A stretch of DNA of 63,307 bases, counting the filler, from Reticulomyxa filosa (Eukaryota; Protista; Foraminifera): the NCBI GenBank assembly GCA_000512085.1. It is 29 parts of 29 records of this genome, joined end to end, with 100 filler letters (N's around TTAATTAATTAA, not from the genome) between each part and the next. Parts side by side here need not be neighbours in the genome. Positions count along the whole stretch, not along the records: positions 24,902 to 27,312 come from ASPP01008591.1; positions 27,413 to 28,412 come from ASPP01044624.1; positions 28,513 to 29,820 come from ASPP01018598.1; positions 29,921 to 35,435 come from ASPP01019178.1; positions 35,536 to 36,555 come from ASPP01029996.1; positions 36,656 to 40,777 come from ASPP01025693.1; 23 more parts are not named here. One strand, 5' to 3'. Shown here piece by piece: positions 25,324 through 38,502 of this stretch (within the stretch, counting starts at the first letter, position 1; each line of letters starts with the position of its first letter). A program made the translations under genes and the position numbers. Under the pieces are notes generated by a model that was not told the DNA's origin, searched no databases, and saw only the letters and a program-made list of their open reading frames with translations.

Positions 25324-26781
25324 TCAAGTGGCCTAAGGGCGGGAAAACGTCTGTTTACTATGCAAGGCACCGTGGAGGCCTTGCAGAGACAACAGTACCC
25401 CTGCAATGTGTACTTCAAACCTTGCGAAGGCGAGTACCAGAAAGAAAAACAGGAGATTCGTAGTCGTGTCGCTCGAAGACGCCACAAGAAGATGCAACAA
25501 GATTTTCGAAGGCAGTTCAATGACAGGGCTTTGGGACAGTACAATCTTTGGAACGCTGGCGAATCCGAAGCCGCGTCGTCGCGATTTGCCAACACTCATT
25601 CCCTCAACGACTACGTCTCCAATCCTTTGAAGAATATGAAGATGCGCAAGTCTACTATGAGTATGACCATTCAAGAAATCATGGACGACGACGACGACAA
25701 CAACGACAAAGTTGGACAAAACACAACGTATCGACGTGCTCGTCCGTTGGCTAATGGCGAATATGACGGCGATTATGACAGTGACTCTTATTGTTTCGTT
25801 GTCTATACATATATACATACATATGTATACATATATATATATATATGTGTATACGTATGTATGTGTATGCTTGGGGGGTACTAGATGATGTCTTTGAAAC
25901 GAATGACGATGCGGAGCTTACGGAAGACAAACCCGAGGTAAATGGTGTGACTCCAAATCCGACCGACAATCAAGTGCAGACAAACGATCAAAAAGACACG
26001 CCAACTATTGATCCAAAAGGTCACCATCTGCTTGCTGAGGATAACAAGGACAACGAAACAGAGCCGTCCCAAGATAGTGATTTGGCCAGCGGAGTGATAG
26101 ACGAACTCGAAGACAATCACAATCCTAGCAACAGCAACAGCAACAGCGACAATTCCATAGACAACGGAAACGAATGGTGGTGTTCCAAAAACCCATTGTT
26201 TTTTCCTCGAAGTAACGTATTATACATATATATATATATATGTATATATATGTACATATATAATTTTTTTTTTTTTTTTTTAATTTACTGGATTTTATGG
26301 TACGTGTTTAGAGTGGATCAGAATCCCTGAAGACAATCTTCAATGGATTTTGTGCAGTAGCTGTGAGTATATTGGTGCCAAAGCTAGAGTGGCTCCATTT
26401 TCAAAACTCGGTGATGGTGTTTTGCATTTGACATATGCTAATCAAATGAGTCGAGCGGAATTAGTAGAGTGTTTGCAAAATTTGCACAACGGTATTTCCT
26501 TTTTGTATGTGTGTGTTTTTCTGTAGCTATGTGTTATCCGCTCTCTGTAAGGCCAGAGGCTATAATCGTCATATATGTACAATTTATACTTGTATTGGAT
26601 GTGTGCGTTTGAATTTGCAGGAGAGTTTATACAACAACAAAAAATGTATCACGCAACATGTACGGAATTTGTTATTCAACCTCATAGTATGAAACCGTCA
26701 TTAGACATTGACGGAGAAGAAAAACAGTCTTCACCTTTGTATGCAAAAGTTTTAAAACGCAGACTAACTATTGGGTCTTAA
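25324..26781 (+). CDS. Sphingosine/ceramide/diacylglycerol kinase family protein, C-terminal exons
   Basis: WLRAGKRLF (RWLG..R-like), ARVAPFSKLGDGVLHL (AP.A...DG.L.L) and LDIDGE followed by the terminal strand and a TAA stop. A long acidic low-complexity insert lies between these. Confidence 0.7.
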
Positions 26782-29102
26782 TTTACTTTGGTTGTTTGCC
26801 CTTTTTTTTTTTCTCAAGTATTACTCAAATTTACGCAAATCTGTGCCTTTTTATTTGTTTGTTTATTTTTTTTTTTGCCGAATGACGATAAATAATTTCT
26901 TTTTTTTTTTGACTTTCTCAATCAGCTTTTTTCGAAAAATGAAAATCTAGTTGGGACGATACTTTTATTCAACAATTAATTGAACAACAATCATTGTGTT
27001 TGGAATATGGTTAGAATTTACATAGCTTGTTTTAGAAATGCTTTTGGGAATAACCCAATATAGTGATTTTTAACTCTCTAAATCATTCATTGTAATGTGA
27101 GTTTACTTTTAATTTGCAAGAATCTATAACTTGAATTAGTTTTAAAAATTCATTTCAATATCTTTTTTTCTTATGAGCCAATTTTGTATTGTCTTCTCTT
27201 TCAAAAAAAAAGAAAAAAGTGATGCATGAAATTTTGGATGATCATTACATCTGCAAAAGGTTATTTTCCCAAGAAATAGAAAGAGAAGAGAATTTAATGA
27301 AAGCAGTTTTTTNNNNNNNNNNNNNNNNNNNNNNNNNNNNNNNNNNNNNNNNNNNNTTAATTAATTAANNNNNNNNNNNNNNNNNNNNNNNNNNNNNNNN
27401 NNNNNNNNNNNNTGAGCCAAAGGAACAAAGTTTCTAAAATGTTTTTGGACACCAAATGCAAGCAACGCATGTTGACTATAATTATCTTTGTAATGTGAGT
27501 TATTTCTTGCTTATAAAAACTGCTGTTGAATAAAAAGTCTGCCAAATGGACTGTTGTTGCCAAAAGATATCGCTGTTATCCCAACATTATGTTAAATTAA
27601 TTGAAATCATCGAACGTTTTTATTTTATTTTTTTAGCAAAGGTACATATATATATTCCATTTTTTTTACAAAAGAAATTGTAGAAAATGAATACTTGATC
27701 AAAAAGGGAATATGATCTTATTATTTTTTGGTTGATTCCTAGTATTCACTCATGTACTAAAATTGCTATCAAAATTACTAGTTATCAGCATGCTAGCTTT
27801 CCGTAAATTTTATTTTGTGATGCAAAAAGAAGATATGTAGGTAATCACTACATCTATACATCAACAAAGTATTAATTTTGTGAATATCATTTTTGAAAAT
27901 TGAAATATTATAATCAACATACAAATTTCATAAAACCTTTAAATCGTGTGGTATTCTTGCACTTGTATGTGTTTTTTTCTTCTTTCACATAATTTCAAAT
28001 TATTTAATTATACGTCATTGTCCATAATGTCATTTTTTTTACTAATATTGTTTTTGTATTGTTTGTTCAATTAAAAATGTAAATATAATCACTGCTTTAC
28101 TATTTTCACATCCCAGAAAACTGATGATCAAAATAATAAATAAATGTTTTGTAATAAAATGTGTGACGGAGTTAACATTAAACAGATACTAAAAATCGAA
28201 AATCAATAAATTTGAAAGTAAACATTTAAATATATTTCTTAGCTCAATTATATTTTTATATACTTGCATTATGTCAATTTTGTTTATTCATATTTTCAAT
28301 AAGCAATTGTATTATAAATAAGTATATCTATAACACTTTTTAAAAAATTTTGTTATAATATAAAAATAAAATATCTTAACAACAGACATTTTTCAGTTAT
28401 TATCAAACTGATNNNNNNNNNNNNNNNNNNNNNNNNNNNNNNNNNNNNNNNNNNNNTTAATTAATTAANNNNNNNNNNNNNNNNNNNNNNNNNNNNNNNN
28501 NNNNNNNNNNNNTAAACTGAAATCCAATGATATCTGCCGTTTATCGAATATATTAGCCACCCAAAGAATGAATGAAATTTGGTTATTGATATAATATCCT
28601 TTCCAATTACTTTTGTGTAATAATACATATGAACGCAATAATTATTTACATCTTATCATCAATAGAATTGGTTTTCTTTGACAGATGGAAAAAATCGAAC
28701 AATACTATCAAAAATGAAAGACAATATAATGTTCAATTATTGAATATAGAAAAAAATTAAAAAGATTGCTCTTAAATACATTAAATTAAATTAATTAAAA
28801 TTTGAAAAATAATACTGTAAATTAAGATGATGAAATTAATAAATTGAAATAAACAGATTTTGATAAAAAAAATTAACTCAAAAAATGCAAATAGATAATG
28901 AAATAATAAATAATCAAAAAGAAACTAAAGATAATCTGGAACATTATTAATATTTTCAATGAATATTTTTCAAAGTGTTATTTGATAAACTTTATTCATG
29001 CAATAAATATGTTTGCAAACTTACAAAATTACATCAAGACGAGGTGTCTATGTCTCAATAAAGCAAGCTTTCAAAGTGAAAAAGAGGGCCAAAAAATTGA
29101 AA

Positions 29103-29820
29103 ATGGGAAATAATAACTCAGGAAAGAATCAATCAGATACTAATAAAGACAAATCAACTTCGCAGTATGCATTAGACTACAAACGTAATTTTGACATAAC
29201 GGCGGAGAAAGGGGACGGGATAGTGTTTGGTTATCACGAGGCAAGTAAGAAGACACGAGACGAGGACCAAGCGACATACGTGTGTTGGAAGCACAGCAAA
29301 GACGGGACGATCCATGGCTGGGGCATATTTGATGGCCATGGAGGTTACGAGTGTGCGCTGTACAGTAGCCAACATTTCTTGCAGTTCGTCAAAGAGTCGC
29401 ATAAGAACGCCCCAACAGGCAGCGATTGGAAGCAAATCTTGAGCGACGCATTTTCGCAGTTTGATCAGCATTTGGGTACGTTGCACATCCGAGGGGGTTG
29501 CACGGTATTGTGTGTGTTCTACGTGGTGTCAAAAAAGCAGTTCATCGTCGCAAACGTTGGCGACGCCCGCGCTATTCATACAACAAACAATGGGACGACG
29601 GTGTGTCCACTGTCCTTTGATCACACGCCTGTCAATGAATACGATCGCATCGCCACACAAGCTCGCCAACTTCTCGAAACACAAGCAGAGTCTCCTTTGG
29701 CCAAGTATTTTCGCATCCCATCCAAAAGCGAGTTAATAATTAAAGATGACAATGACGACAATAATACTAATAATAATAATAATAATAATAACAATAATAC
29801 TAATAATAACAATAATAATA
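29103..29820 (+). CDS. PP2C/PPM protein phosphatase, 3' partial
   Basis: Motifs RDEDQ, WGIFDGHGG, GGCTVL, VANVGDARA and LSFDHTP. The start MGNNNS fits the MGxxxS N-myristoylation consensus. Confidence 0.92.
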
Positions 29821-30559
29821 NNNNNNNNNNNNNNNNNNNNNNNNNNNNNNNNNNNNNNNNNNNNTTAATTAATTAANNNNNNNNNNNNNNNNNNNNNNNN
29901 NNNNNNNNNNNNNNNNNNNNTAGTGCCATTTAGGTATGTCAGTTTTTTTTTGCAATCTACTGTATATTCATTGCTGCAGGCAGTGTGTTCATTAAATAAC
30001 TAGTTGTATTTGATATCCCAAAAAACGAATGTTTTTTGTCAAATGATGAAAAACAAACGATATTGCGACAATTATGATATGACAAAAATTTCATGCAAGC
30101 TACAAAATTTAAATGTTCGTTAAATGATGAATTTGCTTGTTAGTTTCCAAATTCTATACACGAACAGTATTATCAGTTGATCCAGAGCAACGAGTTGGTC
30201 CATCCTAATTTTAATGTTCGGATCCAGTTCTAAATAATTAATTGAATCTCTTCTTCTGGCTGATCAATCACAAGTCATATAAATAAATACAATAAAACCA
30301 AATGGCAATTAGCTTTTTGACACTGTTCATCGACTGTCTTGTCAACACAAATATAAAGTTTGGTTTATGTTTCTCTTTTTCAGAACCCTCTACGTTACGT
30401 AAGGTACGCTGTCTCTTTGTTTTACGCTTTTTTTAAAGGAATTCTCAAAGGGATTTCCATCCAAAAAAACTTGCGATTTTATATTAGTTAATAAATCTGA
30501 GACTATAGAAAACAGACAAGCCAAAAGCAAAGAAAGTGAACTGAGTAAAGTTGAAAATG

Positions 30560-32070
30560 AAAAAATGAAAGAAAAAGAATACTTATTGAAACTGGAGTTG
30601 TTCCAATTTCTTTTTCTCAGCAACGCTTTGACAGAAATTGAGTGATACAACTGAACACACAAGAACAAATTAATCATTTTATTTGTTTCAATTGCAAACA
30701 ATCCAGTTGAAATTAATTGACCTCAACATGAAGACATTGATTGCTGGAGAGAGTTGTTAAAACAATTTCTAAGAAACAATAATAATGCATGTCCTGTCCA
30801 ACCCCATTATTGCTGTCAGTATTAGAAAGCAAAAGCAATGCAAAGGCAAATCAACGAATTAAATGTTATTTGTCATATGCAATTTAAAGATTTGAAAATA
30901 ACTGGGAGAAATGAAGAAGGACAAACAGACTGATATATGACGTTGCTATGTGACTTTAAAGGAAAAATAAAAGACATAAACGAACACCTAAATACTTCAT
31001 GTGTATCAAAAAAAGTCAATTGACTGTTTATACAATTTGGATGTAAACATTCTTGTCTCGATAGAGATTTAAATAACATTTTGATTTAGTAATTAAAAAA
31101 TACAAATTGATGCGACATATCATCAAACAACAACAGGTCTGGATTTATTTTTATCTTTCTTAAGGTGCAATTGTAATATCAAATGATATATATATGATGA
31201 GGTCAAACATTTAAAGTCGAAAAAGAACTATGAAAAAAAACAAATTGAAAAGATTTTAAAAATAAATAATGACAACTTAATCTTACAACAAAAGCTTGTG
31301 TGTTTGTTTGTTTTTTGTATTCACAACACAAATAACAATAAATAACATCAATTCGAACAAACTCCTCACTGAACAATTTAAAAAAAGAGTTAAAATCAAA
31401 AAATAATGAAATTAATGAAATAAGCGTTAATAGTAGCGAAGACAAAAAAGAAATAATCAAATATTACAATCAAAATCTAATTAATTGCCTACATTCAATT
31501 TTGATTATTTCGTTCATCATCCAAATTACTCAATACATTCACTGGACACAAAAGTTGTGTTTACAGTATTGATTCAATTCATTTGTTCTGGTATATTGGA
31601 TATCCAAATGGCCAAACAATTTATTGTGTTTAATTGTCATAAGGTGCCTTGAGAATTGTAAAATGTTTATCAAATGAATTAGTCAATACAATATTATCTG
31701 GATCATATGATAAAAGTGTTCGTTTATGTGATATCGATCTGGTGACAAATCCAAGTGTTCAATGGACATAAAAATTACGTATGTTGTGTTAAATATTCAC
31801 CATTTGTAATAAAGAATAACACTGAAGTTGTTGGTTCCATGTGCTTTGTTCTGGACCAAGTGATAATACAATTCGTTTTTGAGACATTCGGTCAAATGAG
31901 AAAGAATTTTGCATGATTAGACTCGACAAGAAAGATGATGAAGTAATATACTGTCTTAAGTTTGTATTATTGAATAAGAAGGTAAATGACAATGAGCAAA
32001 AAACAAATGATGATTGTGTTGTTAATTTTTATTATGGCTCATGTAAAGGTTTAATGCACGTTTTTGGATA
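30560..32070 (+). pseudogene. RING/TRAF zinc finger, coiled coil and WD40 family pseudogene
   Basis: Fragments LKQFLRNNNNACPVQPH and CDFKGKIKDINEHLNTSC precede WD40 pieces TFTGHKSCVYSID, SGSYDKSVRL, FNGHKNYVCCVKYSPF and DNTIRF*DIRS. There are many stops and frameshifts. Confidence 0.8.
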
Positions 32071-32455
32071 AATCCTTAAATGAATTTTGAAGTTGTCACA
32101 CATTTTGTGAAATAAAAAAACGATAAGATTTTGCTTGATTTTTTTTTTTCAATATGTTCATTTTAGAATTTGGATTGTTCTATTTTACTAAATATTTTTG
32201 CAACAAGTCAACGTTTGTGTGAAATGTTGAGTCAATAACAGTAATATGTTCTACAAAAAAAAAAAAAAAGATTGGTTTCAGCACATTTGTAAGTGATGCC
32301 GAAAGGAGTCAATCCTGACGAAAAGTAGGAAAAGTGAAAACTAGTAAATTGTATTTTTTATTTTTTTTTTAAAGTTGTCTTGTCAAACAACAGTCAGACA
32401 GTAGCTGTGACAAAAACAAACACCCCAAACAAACATAAGGACAATGCACCAAGGA

Positions 32456-34260
32456 CTACATTATTCCCTCAAATTCATCAGAGTCGGAGGAGGCAAACAT
32501 GTTGCCAGTGACATAGGCATATATTTCTTCCACGAAGTCTATGTCGGTACCTTCGAAAAGTGTATTGTATTCGTGTTGAACGCGACTGAAAGAGAAGCGA
32601 TTGATCTCGGGCAATATGGAATATCCTCTTAGTAATATTGTATAGGAAAACCCATAAGGCGAAGCAGTTTGCAGCGCGTATTGGCAGTTTGAATGCAGCA
32701 TGGAATAGTCGACTTGAATACCTCTTTGGCCTGTTTGAGTGTTCTCAGTGGTATATAGGAACGAATACATCATCGCAGAAAATTGGCTCGGCGTAACATT
32801 AAAATCTAAACTATTCACTTCTGTGGAATGAAGTAAAGAATATCCGATAAATTCGCACACCATCTAAAAATGATTTATATTATATATACATATATATGTA
32901 TACGTAGTGTGTATGCCAAATTATATTCGGCAAAATATTCGAAACTGCGATAATTTCCACGGGAACTTTCAGCGAAAACCAGTCGGCGATATTAATCGCT
33001 GTGGATTGAATGCGATGAGACCAAATTAGAGTATCCAAAACTCCAGATTGATTACTCAAAGCTTCACAAGAACGGTGAGCCATATAGTACAACTGCTTTT
33101 TTGATTCAACTGAAAAATATTCAGACGTTATTCCTGAAGAAGGATAGATATCAAAGCTACGTGACACTATATACATATTTTTTATTTTTTATTTTTGCGT
33201 AATTTTTTAAAATTGAAATAATAAGTACATGCAAGTATGTTCGTGCATGTGAGTATGTATGCATATATTGCACGTGTGTGTGTGTGTGTGTGTATACGTA
33301 ATAGAATGTAACTAGTGGGATTGTCTTTGTTTTTGAACTCCACGACAATTTGATTGAGAATTTGAGACGATGCGAACATCTTTTGCTCCAAAGTGAGTTT
33401 CTTTTTGATGCGTCGAAGGGAATGCGAGACCATTTCGAATCTTACGGAGACGCTAACACGAATGTCTGTCGCTGACGCACTTTTTTTGGAAGCTTCTTTT
33501 TTTCGATACTCTTCCCTCTCTTCTTCTTCTTCTTCTTCTTCCTCTGAGCTGTCGAAATCACTAAATTCCAATTCAAAGATATCATCGGGATCCGCTCTTT
33601 TATATGTACGTATACATATATGTATATATATATATATATTATATTATACGTATAAAAATATATATACATATGTACATATTACAAATATGTATAATTTAAA
33701 CAGACCAATATATACGTATACAATCAACCAATCACCAAAAAAAAAAAAAAAAAGTTAAACTTTAAATGATGGAGTTTGGAGTGGTCAATACAATTTTGCT
33801 TGTTACAATAACGATGAATATTGGAGGCATACAGCACGCAGCCTTGAGAATAACTGACGCAATGGGTGTCCACGGCATGCAGCCACTCCTTTTTTTGTTC
33901 GTATCTTTCCATGCGCTTTTGCTCTTGGAATTGAAACTTGCTCGAGTTCTTTTGGTTCAGCAATCCTTTCTTTCGCCTTATTATAATGTGCTCTTTTTGT
34001 GGCATTTTTCGTCCTTTGTTCTTTATGTGTCTTTTCACTTCGCTTTCACTCGCTCCCATATGTCCTCGTATTTCACGCTTTCTTCGCGCTTTGTGATGCT
34101 TTGCTTGCAGTCCCGATCGCAACACGCGCTCGCCCTTCTGCTTCTTTTGTGATTGCTTGCGGTGACGATTCTTCCATCGCTTCATCACAAACTGGCTCTC
34201 GTACTTGCTCGACTGTATCTTTGGTCGTGCCAATGACTCATCCTCCCAGTTTAGCTCCAT
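32456..34260 (-). CDS. Multi-exon hypothetical protein with a basic N-terminus and an acidic tract
   Basis: Four long coding-like ORFs are separated by TA-microsatellite, intron-like gaps. No family recognised. Confidence 0.6.
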
Positions 34261-34532
34261 TTATGCTACTCGAATAACTAATTCACACAAATGTGGAAAA
34301 TTTACAAACAAAAAAAATTTCACCAAATAAAAAAAAGTTTGAGAGTTTGTAGTCAAAAGAGGAAAAACCCCCCTTCGTTTTCTGTTTACAGTCCTCGACA
34401 AAAAAAATTTTTTTGTACTTTCTTCAAACAAATTTGTAATGGCCATTCCAAACAATATCATGATATTATATTTGACGTTATAGTCTTTTCTAGTTTTATT
34501 GGATTAAAGCGAATATCTACTCAACTTATTTC

Positions 34533-34786
34533 TGTTATCAACGTTGTCATATTATTTGTTTATCTGTAGGTTAAGTCCCTATTAATTCTCAAAGAACTTG
34601 GAACCTCCAGTGGGCTAGACTCTTACAACAACACACTTTCCCTTTTCTTATTTTCGTTGTATTCTTTGTTTTTGTGAATTATTTTTATTTAATTAGTTTC
34701 ATTTTACTGAAATTTTGTTTCTGGAACAAAGTTCCTTTCGTATTACGTTTAGTCATAATTCATCGTTCCTACAGTAGACATCAACA
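34533..34786 (+). mobile_element. Candidate solo LTR of the gypsy family
   Basis: It begins TGTTA and ends AACA. The 5' part matches rc 22660-22760. The 3' part (CCTTTCGTATTAC.TTTAGT...AGAC.TC..ACA) matches 44360-44411 downstream of the other integrase. No target-site duplication is visible. Confidence 0.5.
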
Positions 34787-35146
34787 AAGATGTGTATTCA
34801 GTATATATAAAACACAGTGCAAAATTAGTTTAAATAATTCAGGGTAAGTTAAAATAAATTTTAACAAAAAATAGTCATAAATTCGAAAATATACCTAGGA
34901 AGTAGTTTATCTAAAAAAGAAAACAAGCCCATAAAATAACATTTTAGATTATTATGTTTTTTTTTTGCAAGCTGCCGCATACATATATTCATTACTTATA
35001 TAATTTATATATTTAATACACTAAGTGTCAAGTTGTTTACTAAAAAAATTAACACTTTACACATTAAGATACCAAACTAAAAAAAACGAGTTCTTTGGCA
35101 GGGTGAAGAATAATAAAAAACCTGAAAAACTCTATAAAAAAAAGAA

Positions 35147-35435
35147 ATGGAAGCTAAAGCGGATATACTGCATACATCGTTTTCATTTACTTCATTGAAT
35201 TTTATGTATTCCCCTTGGTATGTTTGGGTGTTTGAGCGAGGGTTTGCTACATTTTGTTTGTTGGTAGTAGCAAGCCTAACAAGCTACCATTTTTGGCGTT
35301 TGTATGAGTTTAACAAATCGCGAACGTTTGACCCGCTGGAGTCACCACGCTCGAAAAAATGGCGTCTATGGTCAAACATATTTACCGTTTCGGTGTTATG
35401 TTTGATAGTATTGTACAATGTTTATTACATATGCA
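35147..35435 (+). CDS. Membrane protein, N-terminal fragment
   Basis: ATG-initiated ORF with two hydrophobic segments, truncated by the linker. Confidence 0.45.
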
Positions 35436-35535
35436 NNNNNNNNNNNNNNNNNNNNNNNNNNNNNNNNNNNNNNNNNNNNTTAATTAATTAANNNNNNNNN
35501 NNNNNNNNNNNNNNNNNNNNNNNNNNNNNNNNNNN

Positions 35536-35942
35536 ACCTCGTGGCGTCGCGCGAGGACCTGAAGAACGCGGTGATCCTGGCGGAGCCAGACTTCCTCATC
35601 GAGGCGCTGCCCTATTACCTTCCCAATCGGACTTTCCTGTTGCGGCAGGACGCGTTCGGCTCGGTCGTGAAGTTCTCGCGATCGGTCAAGTCCTCGGTGA
35701 CCCTGGGCGAGGTGCTGGCGGCCGCAAGGGCTCTGAAGCAGTCGGAAAGGGTGCCGGTCCTCGTCCTGCTGCACCACAGGCTCGATCAGATCGTTCCCGA
35801 CCGTCTCTACGGTGAAGGTTACGGCTGGACCTTCCGGGCAACGACGGACGAGATCCGGGATTTCCGGAACGCAACGGAACTGATCGCTCGCTTCGGGCGC
35901 GCAAAAACCGATGAGACCTACGACGTCTATGAGCTACACTGA
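35536..35942 (+). CDS. Bacterial hypothetical protein, C-terminal part
   Basis: High-GC contig with GC3-biased codons and no introns. The ORF ends about 50 nt before the next gene. Confidence 0.7.
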
Positions 35943-35991
35943 GGACGGTCGCGCGTGCGGCCCGCAAAACCAGAGTAGAGACATCCGCACC

Positions 35992-36555
35992 TTGGCAACC
36001 AATGAACAGCCGGAGACGGCCGACGCGCGGCTCAAGGACTATCTGGCGATCGCCCGCTTCGATCACGGCACGAAGCATATCTTCGTCATCCCCGGCATCA
36101 TTCTCGCGTACATGCTGCGTGGCGTCCATACAGATGCGCTCGTTCAGTCGCTGATCTTCGGCTTTCTCTGCGTAGTCTGTATCGCTTCCGCGAACTACGT
36201 CATCAACGAGTTCCTGGACCGCGAGTTCGACAAGCACCATCCGACGAAGTCGGAGCGATCAGCCGTTCAGCGCCGAATGAGCGGGAAGATCGTGGCGATC
36301 GAATGGGCCGTCTTCGTTATTTGCGGCCTGGCGTGCGCCGCTCTCGCCAGCAAGCTGATGTTTCTGGTGGCATGCCTCTTCGCGCTTCAAGGCATCGTCT
36401 ACAATGTCAACCCGATGCGCACCAAGAACGTCGCCTACCTCGACGTTCTATCGGAGTCGATCAACAATCCGATCCGACTCATGGTCGGCTGGGCGATCGT
36501 CGATCCGACCTCTCTTCCTCCCGCATCTTTGATCCTGTCCTATTGGCTGGGCGGC
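35992..36555 (+). CDS. Bacterial UbiA-family prenyltransferase (decaprenyl-phosphate phosphoribosyltransferase-like), partial
   Basis: ASANYVINEFLDREFDKHHPTKSERS matches the UbiA NDxxDxxxDxxxxxKxxR motif. KNVAYLDV and several transmembrane helices follow. The TTG start is inferred. Confidence 0.85.
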
Positions 36556-37519
36556 NNNNNNNNNNNNNNNNNNNNNNNNNNNNNNNNNNNNNNNNNNNNT
36601 TAATTAATTAANNNNNNNNNNNNNNNNNNNNNNNNNNNNNNNNNNNNNNNNNNNNGAAAGCACTCAAAGTTCAAAACCGGCAAGGGAAGGAAGAGAGAAC
36701 AAATGCAAGGAATAAAAGATTCACTGATTTGGAAAGTAGAGTTTTTTTAAGTAAGAAGTTCTGCTCACTGGGCAACCTTCGTATTTTAACTGTTTAGAAC
36801 ATTTCTCATTTTGTAGTTTTATCCAAAATTTTAATTTTGAAATAGATTTTCACCTTTATGATCAATTTTTTCAATTTATGATTAGATCTGTAAATATGAT
36901 TTCTTCAATTTCACAATATTCAACGATTTACCATATATCATACTTAGATTAATATAAGAAAACTTGTTTGAAACTTGAACAAGCAACATAATACAAATAT
37001 ATGCAAATGTAACAAAATTATCCGGCGAAAAACCAGATCACAAATTTAAAGAACAATAGTCGTACATTATTAATATGTGCGTTGGTAATGCAAGTAAATA
37101 TCGACATTTGACAAAAAATGTTGCAAGTGCTTTCATTGTGGTTCATGCAGGATCTATTACATTACAGGAAAAAATTTCAATATGACTAATATTAAGAATA
37201 AATGCATTAATGCTTAAAATTAATTTTACGTATTACACTATGTTTGACTCGCTGTTCACACAAAATGTTGCATACTAACTTAAAATTTGAAAAAAATCAT
37301 TATTTCATTATAGTCTTCGGCATTCACTTTATGTATAAGTTTAAACCACTTAGCTCTAATTTCAAGTGAAAAACTAAACACTGACAAACAAATCATAATT
37401 ATTTTACTTAAAGATATTCCATGTTTTTAACGTGTTAGAATTATGTACTAAGACATCGATGTTGGCAAGGGTCTTTTAAGTGACACTAGCTTTAAATTTC
37501 TTAGCAAGCGAATATCAAC

Positions 37520-38502
37520 ATGTCGATATTTTCTGGTGTAAAAAATGCCTTTGTTGTCAACTTTGGCAAGAATAAATATGAGGGAGCGTCACAATGGACT
37601 GAGGATTTGGGTTTGTTTTGGTCTTTGAGTGCGCGTGACATTGACGGGAAGGACTTTAGCTTTGAACAAGTGAAAGGTAGCGTTTGCCTGGTAACCAATG
37701 TCGCATGCAAGTGTGGTTTTACCCAATCATCATACGATAATTTGGAAGCTTTGTCGCAAAAATATGCAGAGTCTAATTTTCGAGTGTTATGCTTCCCATC
37801 TAATCAGGTTTGGTTCTGTTGTGAAAGGGAATATCTTACACTAAGTGAACTACATTAAAAATGTGTGTGGAAATAGTTTCTCGGCCAAGAACCATGGAGT
37901 GAAGACGAAATCAAAAAATGGGTATTTGGAAAATGGCCAAAACTTCAAGCCCAGTTTTTTTCGAAAATTGAAGTGAACGGAGATAAAACTCATCCTGTCT
38001 ACGTATGGCTCAAAAAAGTATTTCCAGGTTTCTTGTGATTGTATTTTCCACATTCCATTTTTTCACTTTTTGTCTCATGCAGGTAAACATCTTTTATGAA
38101 TTGATCATAGGTGATATTGTGTGGAACTTTTCCAGTAAATTTTTGATTGGTGCAGATGGTAAGCCTCTTGCCCGATTTGAAAAAAACCAGACTTGGCCCG
38201 AAATTGAAATCGCAATCCAAGAAGCATTGAAATTGGTTGCTGATCAGAATAAATCTGAGGGTGATTTCAATTTTTTTTTTTTTTTGACGTAGTTTTTTTC
38301 GCCTCATTGACCTAGTTTTTTAAAAATAATGTGTCGTGGATAAATAACAGAAAAAACAACTGAAAAGACAACCGAAAAGACAACCGAAACGACAACCGAA
38401 AAGACAACCGAAAAGACAGCCGAAAACACAACCGAAAACAACAATCCCGGAAGTGATGAAATGATTCCCACAAAAACAGAAGAAGCCAAGGAGAACGTAT
38501 AG
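37520..38502 (+). CDS. Cys-type glutathione peroxidase with a repetitive C-terminal tail; introns 37808-37876, 38028-38110 and 38261-38350
   Basis: Motifs VTNVACKCG, LCFPSNQ|FLGQEP, KIEVNGDKTHPVYVWLK and IVWNFSSKFLI. All three GT-AG introns keep the frame, ending at TAG 38500-38502. Confidence 0.93.

Noticed and set aside
30560-32070. Stop-codon reassignment to explain in-frame stops
   Set aside because: The same regions contain frameshifts, and intact genes in the window end at TAA, TAG and TGA and have no internal stops.
32290-32345. Hammerhead-like words (CTGACGA...GAAA, CCGAAAGG)
   Set aside because: The required stems I-III could not be formed around the core.
35484-36240. Minus-strand ORFs in the bacterial contig
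   Set aside because: These are shadow ORFs typical of high-GC DNA opposite the real plus-strand genes.
37690-37720. Selenocysteine in the glutathione peroxidase
   Set aside because: The active-site codon is TGT (NVACKCG), not TGA.
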